From positions 2,112,001 to 2,176,000 of the forward strand of contig OZ240241.1 in the NCBI GenBank assembly GCA_965198115.1: 64,000 nucleotides of DNA, in the 5' to 3' direction. The notes under the pieces are model-generated. The model saw nothing but the letters and a program-made list of their open reading frames with translations, was not told the DNA's origin and ran no database searches. Source of the DNA: Candidatus Latescibacterota bacterium (lineage in GTDB: Bacteria > Latescibacterota > UBA2968). This document shows, piece after piece, positions 1 through 10,318 of the stretch (within the stretch, counting starts at the first letter, position 1; the number at the start of each line of letters is the position of its first letter). Position numbers and translations under genes: made by a program.

Positions 1-396
1 GATGATGTCCTGCTCTCGAAACACCCCTACGTGAACGCGGGGCAACGTCGATACGAGCCGATACGCATCGTTCGTCGCGAACTCGACGAGGGTTCCGCTC
101 TCCGCGATCACGAACGCCGGTCCCGACACACCCACGGCCGCCCGATCGATTCCTTCCGGAAGGTCGCTCGCGAGAAAATCGGGGCCGTAGACGTCCAACC
201 CGGCGGATCCGAGACCTATCGTGACCGGTTCTCCGAGACCGTCGGCGAACTCCCCGACGGCAACCCTGCCCGCTCCGCTGTCGGCACAGATCTCGGCAAC
301 TCGGGCGACGGCCTCTCCCTCACTTTTGCAGAGGTGGACGTGACCGGCCAGGTTTTCGTACTTCTCTTTGAATCGGGTGACGATGTCGCTGGGCAT
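1..396 (-). CDS. LUD-domain (LutC/YkgG-like) lactate utilization protein, 3' end outside window
   Basis: Not in the ORF track. Manual translation from ATG at 396 gives MPSDIVTRFKEKYENLAG...AAVGVSGPAFVIAESGTLV...RLVSTLPRVHVG, matching the LUD motifs AESGTL and SxLPxxH. Confidence 0.75.
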   Translation of the reverse strand, partial: MPSDIVTRFKEKYENLAGHVHLCKSEGEAVARVAEICADSGAGRVAVGEFADGLGEPVTIGLGSAGLDVYGPDFLASDLPEGIDRAAVGVSGPAFVIAESGTLVEFATNDAYRLVSTLPRVHVGVFREQDII

Positions 397-561
397 CGAG
401 AAAAATTCCGTTTTGTGCGGAGAAAGGCACGTCAAAGCTACAAGTTGACCTCTGGAGACGCAAGTCGCACGCCCGTTCGGGCGCGCATTTGGCATAGCAC
501 GACGACAAGCACACATCTATATTGCAACGCTGAGTTCACCCATTCTTAACGCGAGAACCTT

Positions 562-1554
562 ATGGCGGCACCGATCAAGATTGTGCAGGTGGGTTTGGGT
601 CCCCTCGGAAGGATGCTCACACCCGTCATCGACGCGAAGGCATCCCTCAAGATCGTCTCCGCTCTCGACATCGATCCCGAATTGGCGGGAACCGACCTGG
701 GCGCACTGACCGGAGCCGCTGAAGGCATCCCGGTTTCAGGCACCCTCGAACAGGCCCTCGTCGCCCGCCCCGACGTGGCGGTCGTCACCACCGTTTCGGA
801 GCTCGACCGACTGTGGCCTCAGATCGAGCCCATCATCGGGGCCGGCGTCCAGATCGTCTCTACGTGCGAAGAACTGTCTTTCCCCTGGACGACGAGCCCG
901 GATCTATCCAGAAAAATCGATGATGCCGCCAGGGAGAACGACGTCAGCGTACTCGGAACGGGTGTGAACCCGGGATTCCTGATGGATTTCTTCCCTTCGG
1001 CTGTCACGGCCTCCTGCCGTCGCATCGACACTGTGCTCGTCGAGCGCATCCAGGACGCTACGACCCGACGTCTTCCGTTCAGAGAGAAAATCGGCGCCGG
1101 CCTTACGGTCGAGGCCTTCGCGGAACGAACCCAGGCGGGCAAGATCCGACACGTCGGATTGACCGAGTCCGCACACTTCATCGCATCTCAACTCGGCTGG
1201 TCCATCGATCGCACCGAGGACATCGTGGAACCCGTCATCACCGATGTCGCCGTCAAGGGCGATGGCTGGACCGTCGAACCCGGCTTCGCGACCGGTGTGA
1301 ACCAAACAGGACGCGGGTTTATCGGACACCGCGAAGTCATCACCCTCGTCTTCCGAGCGGCAGTGGGCCAACCGGACCCGCGCGATACGGTCACGATCAA
1401 AGGCGACCCCGACTATGTCGTCAACATCCCAGGGGGTACCCACGGCGACGTCGCCACCTGCGCCATCGTCGCGAATGCCATCCCTTCTGCGGTGGCCGCC
1501 CTTCCGGGTCTCCGCACGATGTCCGATGTGCCGCTGGTTTCGTGCGTCCCCTGA
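562..1554 (+). CDS. NAD(P)-dependent amine dehydrogenase / 2,4-diaminopentanoate dehydrogenase-like (DapB N-terminal fold)
   Basis: Rossmann motif GLGPLG plus STCEEL, GTGVNPGF and HVGLTES motifs. Confidence 0.75.
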   Translation: MAAPIKIVQVGLGPLGRMLTPVIDAKASLKIVSALDIDPELAGTDLGALTGAAEGIPVSGTLEQALVARPDVAVVTTVSELDRLWPQIEPIIGAGVQIVSTCEELSFPWTTSPDLSRKIDDAARENDVSVLGTGVNPGFLMDFFPSAVTASCRRIDTVLVERIQDATTRRLPFREKIGAGLTVEAFAERTQAGKIRHVGLTESAHFIASQLGWSIDRTEDIVEPVITDVAVKGDGWTVEPGFATGVNQTGRGFIGHREVITLVFRAAVGQPDPRDTVTIKGDPDYVVNIPGGTHGDVATCAIVANAIPSAVAALPGLRTMSDVPLVSCVP

Positions 1555-3759
1555 ATGCCCGGCTCCGTCACGACTTCATCGGACCAGATCCAACGCATCG
1601 TCGATTGCGAGCATCACGATCCTTTCGAAATACTCGGGATGCATCCTGTCGGAGAGGGCGGTGAGCGCCATCTGGTTGTTCGAGCGTTCAAACCCGACGC
1701 AACGTCCGTCGAAGTCGTCCGTATGGATTCACACGTCGTTGCTTGCCGACTCGAACAGCAGCATCCCAACGGCTTCTTCGAAGCCAGCATCGCGGAAGAG
1801 CACCCCTTTCCCTACCTGCTCCGCGTCAACTATCCCGACACGACCATCGATCTACGCCCCGACCCATACGCCTTTCCCCCCGTCCTTTCAGACTACGACC
1901 TCCATCTCATCCGTGAGGGGTCGCATCAGAATCTCTACGAACGAATGGGTGCTCATCGAACCGAGGTCGAAGGCATTCGGGGCGTCTCGTTCGTTCTCTG
2001 GGCGCCCGCAGCAAAACGGATTAGCATCGTCGGAGACTTCAACCGCTGGGACGGACGCACGCACGTCATGCGCGCCCGTGGCGCGAGCGGAATCTGGGAA
2101 CTGTTCGTGCCGGATCTCGAGGAGGGCGCGCTATACAAGTTCGAGATCAAAGGCAGCGACGACACGGTCCGACTCAAAACGGACCCTTTCGCGTTTCAAA
2201 TGGAACTCCGCCCCCGGACCGCCGGAATCGTGCGGACCATCTCCGACGGGATCTGGACAGACGAGGAATGGATGCAGCGAAGGTCTCGAGGCGATCTTGC
2301 GCACGAGCCTGTCTCCATCTACGAGGTCCATCTGGGGTCTTGGAGACGCAGCCCCGAGAAGAACACACCGCTCGACTATCGAGATCTCGCTCATCAGCTC
2401 GTCGACTACGCGGAGGAGATGGGATACACCCACCTCGAGCTTCTACCCGTAGCCGAGCATCCCCTCGATCAGTCCTGGGGGTATCAGGTACTCGGATACT
2501 ACGCCCCGACGAGCCGATTCGGCACCCCCTCGGACTTTCAGTATTTCATCAACCACTGCCACACGAATGGCATCGGTGTTCTGCTCGACTGGGTGCCCGC
2601 TCACTTCCCGAGCGACGACCACGGCCTCGCCCGATTCGACGGAACCGCGCTCTACGAACACGACGACCCCCGTCAGGGATCCCATCCCGATTGGGGTACC
2701 CTCGTGTTCAACTACGGACGCAACGAGGTTCGAAACTTCCTCATCGCAAATGCGCTCTTCTGGCTCGAATGCTACCACATCGACGGGCTCCGTGTAGACG
2801 CCGTAGCTTCCATGCTCTATCTGGACTATTCACGCGAAGAGGGCGAGTGGATCCCGAATCGCTATGGGGGTCGTGAAAACATCGAAGCTGTGGATTTCCT
2901 CAAGCAGCTCAACGAAACCGTCTACGCTCGGTTCCCCGACGTGGCGATGATCGCAGAGGAATCGACTGCGTGGCCCGGTGTGTCACGGCCCCGCTATCTC
3001 GGAGGGTTGGGGTTCGGATTCAAGTGGAACATGGGCTGGATGAACGACGCCCTGGAGTATATCGAACAGGAGCCCGTGCATCGGAAGTACCACCAGGACC
3101 GGCTGACGTTCGGTCTCGTCTACGCCTTTACCGAGAACTTTATTCTGTCCCTGTCGCACGACGAAGTCGTACACGGAAAGAAGTCTCTGCTCGACAAGAT
3201 GCCGGGCGACGGGTGGCAGAAGCGGGCCAACCTGAGGGCCTTCCTTGGATTCACCTACGGACACCCCGGGAAGAAATTGATCTTCATGGGAAGCGAGTTC
3301 GGACAGTGGAGGGAATGGAATGCAGACACGAGCCTGGATTGGCACCTGCTCGAACAGGAGAATCACGGAGGACTGCAACGTTTCGTCAAAGACCTCAACA
3401 CGCTCTACCTGCGCGAGCCCGCTTTGTATGAAAAAGACTTCGATCGCTCGGGATTCGAATGGATCGACTTTCACGATCACGAACAGAGTGTATTTTCGTT
3501 TCTCCGCCGCGCCGACGACGGCTCCTTTTTGGTATTCGTGTGCAACTTCACACCCGTGACACGCCATCATTACACGGTGGGCGTCCCCGAATCCGGCGAC
3601 TACCGCGAGGTCCTCAACAGCGATGCCGCCCTCTACGGCGGAAGCAACGCTGGAAACCTGGGCGGTGTAAGCGCCAACCCAGAACCATCACACGGCCGAC
3701 CCTTTAGCCTGACCGTCACTCTCCCGCCACTCTCGACGCTCGTCTTCAACCCCCGATAG
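1555..3759 (+). CDS. glgB: 1,4-alpha-glucan branching enzyme
   Basis: YEVHLGSW, SWGYQ, DWVPAHF, DGLRVDAVASMLY, AEEST and LSHDEVVHGK motifs. Confidence 0.97.
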   Translation: MPGSVTTSSDQIQRIVDCEHHDPFEILGMHPVGEGGERHLVVRAFKPDATSVEVVRMDSHVVACRLEQQHPNGFFEASIAEEHPFPYLLRVNYPDTTIDLRPDPYAFPPVLSDYDLHLIREGSHQNLYERMGAHRTEVEGIRGVSFVLWAPAAKRISIVGDFNRWDGRTHVMRARGASGIWELFVPDLEEGALYKFEIKGSDDTVRLKTDPFAFQMELRPRTAGIVRTISDGIWTDEEWMQRRSRGDLAHEPVSIYEVHLGSWRRSPEKNTPLDYRDLAHQLVDYAEEMGYTHLELLPVAEHPLDQSWGYQVLGYYAPTSRFGTPSDFQYFINHCHTNGIGVLLDWVPAHFPSDDHGLARFDGTALYEHDDPRQGSHPDWGTLVFNYGRNEVRNFLIANALFWLECYHIDGLRVDAVASMLYLDYSREEGEWIPNRYGGRENIEAVDFLKQLNETVYARFPDVAMIAEESTAWPGVSRPRYLGGLGFGFKWNMGWMNDALEYIEQEPVHRKYHQDRLTFGLVYAFTENFILSLSHDEVVHGKKSLLDKMPGDGWQKRANLRAFLGFTYGHPGKKLIFMGSEFGQWREWNADTSLDWHLLEQENHGGLQRFVKDLNTLYLREPALYEKDFDRSGFEWIDFHDHEQSVFSFLRRADDGSFLVFVCNFTPVTRHHYTVGVPESGDYREVLNSDAALYGGSNAGNLGGVSANPEPSHGRPFSLTVTLPPLSTLVFNPR

Positions 3760-4372
3760 GTCGACCCAGCCGCTCTTCGACCCAGCGAGAAACGACATCT
3801 ACGGCGACGGCATTGTCTCGATCGTAGGGCACGATCAGATCGGCCTCAGACCGTGTCCGCTCCGAGTGCGCCGCGACGTTCGGTATGACGTCGCGTCGAT
3901 ACCACGCCGTGGCACTTTCGAGCGACGCCCCACCGGCGACATCTCGCATCAGCCTGCGCACCACCCGCTCGTGCACGAAGGCATCGACATAAAGCCGCAG
4001 GTCGAACTGCGCCCTCAGCGACCGTCGCGTGTAGATCAGGTGACCCTCGACGAGGACCAGGTCCGAGGGCCCCAGGGTCGTGGGCGGATCGCGACGATCC
4101 CACGCGCGCGTCCCTTCCACGGGCGTTTCGACCGTCCCTCCCCCACGAAGGGTCTCCACGTGTCCCTCCAGAGCGTCCCACAACACTCCGCGGGGATGGT
4201 TGGTCGTCCGCATCGCCTCTTGTTCTTCCTTCGGGAACTCGCGCCAGTTTCGAAAATATCGATCCTGGCCGATCAGGACGGGTCGAAACCGAGCGAGCGA
4301 GCGGACGAGTGCAGTCGCGAACATCGACTTCCCCGAAGCGGTCGGGCCCGACAGACCGATCACGAGTGCCAT
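3746..4372 (-). CDS. Uridine kinase family P-loop kinase
   Basis: IGLSGPTASGKS, QDRYF, LVEGH and RRLMRD motifs. Confidence 0.75.
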   Translation of the reverse strand: MALVIGLSGPTASGKSMFATALVRSLARFRPVLIGQDRYFRNWREFPKEEQEAMRTTNHPRGVLWDALEGHVETLRGGGTVETPVEGTRAWDRRDPPTTLGPSDLVLVEGHLIYTRRSLRAQFDLRLYVDAFVHERVVRRLMRDVAGGASLESATAWYRRDVIPNVAAHSERTRSEADLIVPYDRDNAVAVDVVSRWVEERLGRPIGG

Positions 4373-4476
4373 CGGGCGCCTGCGGCCGACTCACATCCAA
4401 ATTGACAACGACGGAAGCCACCGTACATCTTTCCAAGACCGGGTGTAAGGAACTCCCACTGTTTCCGGAGGTCTCG

Positions 4477-5283
4477 ATGGCCGATTCCAGAGTCGGCGTC
4501 CATACCTTCATCTTCCAGCAGTACGGGTTCGACCACACCAAACAGACGGAACGAATCGCCGAAACGATCGCAGAAGCGGGATTCGGCGCCGTCGAATTCC
4601 ATCAACCCGTATTGACCGGGGACGATCATAAAAACCGAGTCGATTCGGCGATTCGGCATCAGGATCTCGATCTGATCGGGGTCAGCAATACGCAGCCGGT
4701 CTGGAATCGTTCGCAATACGACCGTCTGATCGAATCGATGGACGATCACGCTGAGCGAATGGCCAGTCTGGAACAAGACCGTCTCGCCTGCGGTCTGACC
4801 TGCTCTGGCAAGCATCTTTCTCAACGATCCGATACGGAGAACGATCACACCGTCGAGGTCTGGACCGAGCTCGGTGAGATCTTCCGCTCCCACGATGTCG
4901 GCCTGGCCTATCACAACCAAGGTGAACCCGAAGAGGACATCCTGTTCGTCCTCGACAACACCGATCCCGACCTCATCACCTACTGTGCCGACCTCGACTG
5001 GCTGCGCGTGGGCGGAATCGATCCGCTCGGACACGTGGCCGAGCACGCGGACAGAATCACGCATCTCCATCTCAGAGATTACGACAGAGAGGGTGGCCGT
5101 ACTGTTGCTCTGGGGGAGGGGGATTTACCCTTCGATGCACTCGCATCCGCCCTGGCCGAGTTCGACGACCCGCCCGATCTGATCGTCGATCTGGCGCTCC
5201 CATCGGGCACGCCCCCTGATCGACCTCTTCACGAAATTCTCACCTCTTCTCGCGCCGTTCTTCAGACGCACCTGGGTTTTTAG
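4477..5283 (+). CDS. Sugar phosphate isomerase/epimerase (xylose isomerase-like TIM barrel)
   Basis: ATG 4477 follows GGAGG. Motifs GFGAVEF, LAYHN, HLHLRD and LGEGDLPF. Confidence 0.75.
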   Translation: MADSRVGVHTFIFQQYGFDHTKQTERIAETIAEAGFGAVEFHQPVLTGDDHKNRVDSAIRHQDLDLIGVSNTQPVWNRSQYDRLIESMDDHAERMASLEQDRLACGLTCSGKHLSQRSDTENDHTVEVWTELGEIFRSHDVGLAYHNQGEPEEDILFVLDNTDPDLITYCADLDWLRVGGIDPLGHVAEHADRITHLHLRDYDREGGRTVALGEGDLPFDALASALAEFDDPPDLIVDLALPSGTPPDRPLHEILTSSRAVLQTHLGF

Positions 5284-5484
5284 GCACACCCTCTTACGGC
5301 GCAGCCTCACTGTTGCAAAAAATCAACATCCAGGGTAGATTTTCACGTCGGTGTGTTGCCAAACGGCACACCGAGTTACCCTAACTCCCTAAATTACAAC
5401 ATCCTCAGGAGCCAACTCTGGGCAGGATGCGGGCACGCTTCTTGCGGCCAACCTCTACCCACACCCCCGCCCGGAGACCCCATT

Positions 5485-6777
5485 ATGAAACATCTCATCC
5501 CCATCTGCCTCCTCACCTTCATCATCGTCTGTCCCGCACTGGCCGAGGGAATGGCCGGTGAAGGCTACACGATCGAACGCATCGAGGTCCGGGGCAACGA
5601 AAAAACGAAATCAGACGTCATTCTTGGAGCCCTGACCTTCGCACCGGGTGATTACCTCGACACCGAGGCCGTGAACGAGAGCAAGGGCGCCCTCTACGCC
5701 ACACGGCTGTTCAGAACGGTGCATCTGGCATCCAAACCCGGTTCGGCGGCCCGACAGGCGGTCGTCGTCGTCTACGTGGACGAGAAGCGTTTCGGCGATC
5801 TGGGCGTCAGCCTCGAATACACGGAACTCGACGGATTCGGCGTCTCAGCAGATGCGTTTCACGTCAACCTCTGGGGAGAAGGAAAGATCGTCGGCGCAGA
5901 ATGGGGCCTGGGCGAACGATTCAAAAAATGGGGGCTCAACTACGCCGACCCCTATTTTTCTCCAGCCAATCTGCTGCTGTCCGTAAAAACCGTAGGCTCG
6001 TCGGCCGATCGAGATCTGTTTCGATCAAAAGTTGAGGAAACCCGCGGGCGCTATGACCTCGAACGCATCGGGGGCGTCATCGGGTTTGGGCGAGTGCTGC
6101 GCTCAGGACATCGTCTGCTGTTCAAATACGGTCTCGACGCAGTCGAGGTCGGTGCATTCCAGGCCCCCACGATTCTGACCGATGGCGGAAGCTTTGCGAA
6201 CGAGATCCAGGCAGCTATCGGACGGGAAAACCAAGCCTATGCGGGGGTCGAATTCCAACTTAAGCCCTCGACGGAACCGTGGGGCAGTGCCCCGGGCACG
6301 GATCTCCAATTCAGCGTCGACTTGTCGGCCAAGTATCTTGGGTCCTCAGCCACCTTTCTGAGGGCGCGCGTCGAGGCCGCACATCACATCTCCACGTTCG
6401 GTCGTCAGATCCTGACCCTCGGGACGCGGGGCGGCCTTATCGTCGGAACTCCGCCGTTCTACGAGCGCTTCTACCTCGAAGGCCAGAATCAGCTTCGCGG
6501 AAGAGATCCCCGCAAGATCGGCCCCGAAGGCGGGGAGGAATTCGTCAGCGTCGAGGCCGTTTATTCCTTCCCGTTCTTACCATACGCCCGATTCTATGGG
6601 TTCGCCGAAGGCGCCGCAATCCGACGCGACCTGCGACCGGACAGCCGCTCCGACCGTGGCGGATCGATCGGCCTGGGTGTCGTGCTTTTCAAACGCGTCG
6701 ACATCAGTCTGGGCATCATTACCAGCACCCTGATCGTCAAATCGCACCGCTTCGGAGGCATCAACGTCGGCTTGTAG
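5485..6777 (+). CDS. Omp85/BamA-TamA family outer-membrane protein with one POTRA domain
   Basis: Signal peptide MKHLIPICLL...ALA, POTRA motif IERIEVRGNEKTK, and barrel lid motif ERFYLEGQNQLRG. Confidence 0.75.
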   Translation: MKHLIPICLLTFIIVCPALAEGMAGEGYTIERIEVRGNEKTKSDVILGALTFAPGDYLDTEAVNESKGALYATRLFRTVHLASKPGSAARQAVVVVYVDEKRFGDLGVSLEYTELDGFGVSADAFHVNLWGEGKIVGAEWGLGERFKKWGLNYADPYFSPANLLLSVKTVGSSADRDLFRSKVEETRGRYDLERIGGVIGFGRVLRSGHRLLFKYGLDAVEVGAFQAPTILTDGGSFANEIQAAIGRENQAYAGVEFQLKPSTEPWGSAPGTDLQFSVDLSAKYLGSSATFLRARVEAAHHISTFGRQILTLGTRGGLIVGTPPFYERFYLEGQNQLRGRDPRKIGPEGGEEFVSVEAVYSFPFLPYARFYGFAEGAAIRRDLRPDSRSDRGGSIGLGVVLFKRVDISLGIITSTLIVKSHRFGGINVGL

Positions 6778-6783
6778 TCGACG

Positions 6784-7473
6784 TTGAGCGAGAAAACCGT
6801 GCGTTGGCTCGACCGATGCAGTTCGGGAAGACTCCTCAGAGTCTTCGCTCTTTGGGCAGTCTGTCTTGGAGGATCTGTTTCCGCCCAAATTGTGAAGGTC
6901 CCTCCGACGGTCTACCTCCGTGGCGATAGTCTGTTCGTCGACGTCGTCTACGATTCTCTGTTCTCTCAGCGGGCCCAGGACGCCATTGCCTCGGGTATGA
7001 GCACCTCGATCATCCATCAGTTTCAGCTCACGGAAGAGGCGGCGGCGACCATTGTCCATTCCATCGTCATACAGCTGGATCACGATATCTGGGAGAATCG
7101 ATACACGGTCACCCGATCCGATTCGAACACAGATACACTCCGAACGGATGCCTTCAAAGACGTCGAGCACGCCGTGACCGTCCTCTTTGCAATTCCGATC
7201 GGCCTTATCGCGCAAAACGACCGGCCCTACACGCTGTCGGCGCGATCCCGCGTTGACCTGATTTCGCCCGAGCAGGAACGCCGCACGCGTCGCTGGCTCA
7301 ACCTGCTCGAGAGAGGCAGCATCCTCGAGCTGTTTTTCTCGCTCGATCCACGCGAACAGGACATCCCCTGGTCCGAAATCGCACGATTCCGGAGGAGCGA
7401 TCTACCGCAGGAACCACCTTTTGCTCCCCCACCTGAAGCGCCCCCATCGGGAACACAGGAGCTCCCACAATGA
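6784..7473 (+). CDS. DUF4390-like periplasmic protein
   Basis: N-terminal hydrophobic segment, AIASG and DIWENRY patterns, directly upstream of an NtrY/NtrX pair. Confidence 0.6.
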   Translation: MSEKTVRWLDRCSSGRLLRVFALWAVCLGGSVSAQIVKVPPTVYLRGDSLFVDVVYDSLFSQRAQDAIASGMSTSIIHQFQLTEEAAATIVHSIVIQLDHDIWENRYTVTRSDSNTDTLRTDAFKDVEHAVTVLFAIPIGLIAQNDRPYTLSARSRVDLISPEQERRTRRWLNLLERGSILELFFSLDPREQDIPWSEIARFRRSDLPQEPPFAPPPEAPPSGTQELPQ

Positions 7474-8942
7474 GACGATTCCCGCTCAGGCTACGCATCA
7501 TTCTCGCGCTCGTACTCCTCGCGGCTGGGACGTCGGCTGCCGTATCGGGTCTCACGACCTACTTTCTCCAACGGACACCCCAGGTCAGCACGAACCCGGA
7601 ATTGGGCGGCGCCCTCCAGGATGCGCTCTCCCTCGCCAAGAGGGACTACGACGCTCGTAAGACTCGACTTTTGGCCCTCGGAAACCAAATGTCCCGGGAC
7701 CCGAGGGTCCTGGACACCTTCGTCAGAGGCGATGATGACGAACTCGCCCGACTGGTCGAAAGCCGTGCGCCCTCGAGCCGCCTCACCGCGCACTTTGCGC
7801 CAGCCGCTGAGGCACTGACCAGAACCAAGCCCGCTGTTGGGCGAACGGCAGGAGAAAACGCGGCCCTGCGCTTGACGGTCCCGCTTATTCAAGACGAAAA
7901 ATCCGTCGGTACCCTCATCGTAGACGACTCTCTCCGCGAATTGCTCAATATCGAACGAGCGCTCCAGACCTACGGCCACATCGAAATGATTGTCGACGAA
8001 ATGCGGAAAGGTCTGTTCCTGAGCTACCTCGTCATCGGGGCGGTTGCGATGATCCTCGCCCTGCTCATCGGACTCCGGATCGGCATCGGCATCACCAATC
8101 CGCTCAGCACCCTGATCCGCGGGACACGTGAGCTCGCGCGGGACAACCTCGATTACCGGATCCCGGTGGGCCCATCAGACGAGATCGGAATGCTGATCGA
8201 CTCGTTCAACCATATGGCGACCGACCTTCAGGAGAACCGGCGGAGACGGGTCGAGGCCGAAAAGGTCGCCGCCTGGAGAGAAATCGCGCGTCGTCTCGCG
8301 CACGAAATCAAAAATCCCCTGACCCCCATACAGTTGACCGTCCAGCAGATGCGCGACAAATACACCGGGACGGACGACACCTACACAAAGCTGTTGAACG
8401 ACTGTACCGAAATCGTGACTGAGGAAGTCGAAAGCCTGCGATCGCTCGTCCAGGAATTCGCAGAATTCGCCCGGATGCCCAAACTCGCCCTGATGCCGCA
8501 CGACGTGAACGCCGCCATCAAGGACACGCTCAGGCTGTATCCCGACACGCAGGTCCGAATGGATCTGGACGAGCACGCGCCGCAGCTCCAGCTCGACGTC
8601 GAGGGATTTCGCCGTGTGCTCATCAACCTCGTCGAAAACGCATTCGACGCCGGCGGCGAGAACAGCGCCATCACCATACGGACGGCTCTGCAGGGCCAGC
8701 ACGTCGTCCTCGACATCATCGATGAGGGACCGGGTGTGGCGAACCAGGATCGCGAACGCATATTCCAACCCTACGTATCCACCAAAGAGGGTGGAACGGG
8801 GCTCGGATTGGCCATGGTACGAAGCATCGTGGAGGAGCACGGAGGAACGATCGCCGTTACCGACAGCGCCGGGGGTGGCGCACGGTTCCAGATTCGCCTG
8901 CCCGTCACCCCGCAAAACGCCTCGACGGAGGTACTATCATGA
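7470..8942 (+). CDS. NtrY-like HAMP sensor histidine kinase
   Basis: Two TM segments, HAMP, H-box AWREIARRLAHEIKNPLTPIQL, and N/G boxes (NLVENA, DEGPG, GTGLGL). Confidence 0.92.
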   Translation: MRRFPLRLRIILALVLLAAGTSAAVSGLTTYFLQRTPQVSTNPELGGALQDALSLAKRDYDARKTRLLALGNQMSRDPRVLDTFVRGDDDELARLVESRAPSSRLTAHFAPAAEALTRTKPAVGRTAGENAALRLTVPLIQDEKSVGTLIVDDSLRELLNIERALQTYGHIEMIVDEMRKGLFLSYLVIGAVAMILALLIGLRIGIGITNPLSTLIRGTRELARDNLDYRIPVGPSDEIGMLIDSFNHMATDLQENRRRRVEAEKVAAWREIARRLAHEIKNPLTPIQLTVQQMRDKYTGTDDTYTKLLNDCTEIVTEEVESLRSLVQEFAEFARMPKLALMPHDVNAAIKDTLRLYPDTQVRMDLDEHAPQLQLDVEGFRRVLINLVENAFDAGGENSAITIRTALQGQHVVLDIIDEGPGVANQDRERIFQPYVSTKEGGTGLGLAMVRSIVEEHGGTIAVTDSAGGGARFQIRLPVTPQNASTEVLS

Positions 8943-10318
8943 ACGGAAAGACCATTCTCGTCGTCGATGACGAGCGGAACATCAGACGTTCCCTCGAGAT
9001 GATTCTCAAGGGTGAAGGCTTCGATGTTGTCTGTGCCGATTCCGCGGATCGGGCACTCGAAGCGGTCGTAGAGACACGCATCGACGTTGCGCTGCTGGAC
9101 ATCGTCATGCCCGGAATGAACGGGATCGACGCCCTGAAGATCCTTCAGGAACGTCATCCCTACATCGCCGTCATCATCATTACCGGCCACGGCACCGTAC
9201 AGGACGCCGTTCAGGCGACACGGCTCGGTGCCTACGATTTTCTGGAGAAACCGCTCTCACGCGAGAAAGTGCTGTTGTCCGTCTCGCACGCGCTCGAATC
9301 GTCGGGCCTGGCGCAGGAAAACCAGGCGCTCCGAAAGCGCGTCGAGGCCAGTTATGAAATGGTGGGTGAAAGTCCCGCGCTCGAAGCGATTCGCAGCCAG
9401 ATCGGCAAAGTCGCGCCGACCAACGGCCGTGTGATGATCCTCGGCGAGAGTGGGACTGGCAAAGAGCTCATTGCGCGCGACATCCACAGTCAGAGCCATC
9501 GAGCAGATGGCCCGTTCATCAAGGTCAACTGTGCTGCCATACCCGAAGAACTCATCGAAAGCGAGCTGTTCGGAAGCGACAAGGGCGCATTTACCGGCGC
9601 CGTCAGCCAGCGCGATGGAAAATTCCTGCAGGCCGACGGCGGGACTCTGTTTCTCGACGAAATAGGAGACATGAGTCTCAGCGTCCAGGCCAAAGTACTA
9701 CGTGCGCTCGAGCAGGGCGAATTCGAGCGGGTCGGTGGATCGGAAACGATCCGCGTCGATGTCCGAGTTCTCGCCGCGACGAACAAAGACCTCGAATCAC
9801 AGGTCGAAAAAGGCGAATTCAGAGAGGATCTTTTCTTCCGCCTCAACGTCGTGCCGATCGTCGCGCCACCCTTGCGCGACCGGAGAGGCGATGTTCCCCT
9901 CCTCGTCAATCACTTCCTCGAACTCTACGCCGAGACCAACGACTTTCGCCCCAAGTCCGTCGCTCCCGAGGCCGTCGATGCCTTGTGCCGACACGCGTGG
10001 CCGGGCAACATCCGTGAGCTCAAAAACCTGGTCGAGCGGCTGTCGATCATGGTATCCGGGGACACGGTTCACGAGGTCGATCTGCCCGCTCTGGACGGAC
10101 TGGATAGCAAAGCGACTTCGGACTCGCCCGGTGGGTCGGGTTGGCCTACAATTTCTACGGGGTTGACCCTGAAGGAAGTGCGAGAGCAGATCGAGCGGCA
10201 CTACATTTCGAATGCGCTCGAATCGTGTGGATGGAATGTCACTCAGACAGCCAGAACCTTGGGTATTGAGCGAACGAACTTGCACAAGAAGATCAAGTAC
10301 TACGCCCTTGAGCGTTGA
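8939..10318 (+). CDS. NtrX/NtrC-like sigma-54-dependent response regulator
   Basis: Receiver domain (VVDDE, LLDIVMP), [30 protein letters not shown] and a C-terminal Fis HTH. Confidence 0.95.
   Translation: MNGKTILVVDDERNIRRSLEMILKGEGFDVVCADSADRALEAVVETRIDVALLDIVMPGMNGIDALKILQERHPYIAVIIITGHGTVQDAVQATRLGAYDFLEKPLSREKVLLSVSHALESSGLAQENQALRKRVEASYEMVGESPALEAIRSQIGKVAPTNGRVMILGESGTGKELIARDIHSQSHRADGPFIKVNCAAIPEELIESELFGSDKGAFTGAVSQRDGKFLQADGGTLFLDEIGDMSLSVQAKVLRALEQGEFERVGGSETIRVDVRVLAATNKDLESQVEKGEFREDLFFRLNVVPIVAPPLRDRRGDVPLLVNHFLELYAETNDFRPKSVAPEAVDALCRHAWPGNIRELKNLVERLSIMVSGDTVHEVDLPALDGLDSKATSDSPGGSGWPTISTGLTLKEVREQIERHYISNALESCGWNVTQTARTLGIERTNLHKKIKYYALER

Noticed and set aside
31-549. 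172-aa plus-strand ORF
   Set aside because: Antisense shadow of the LUD-domain gene, with no recognisable motifs.
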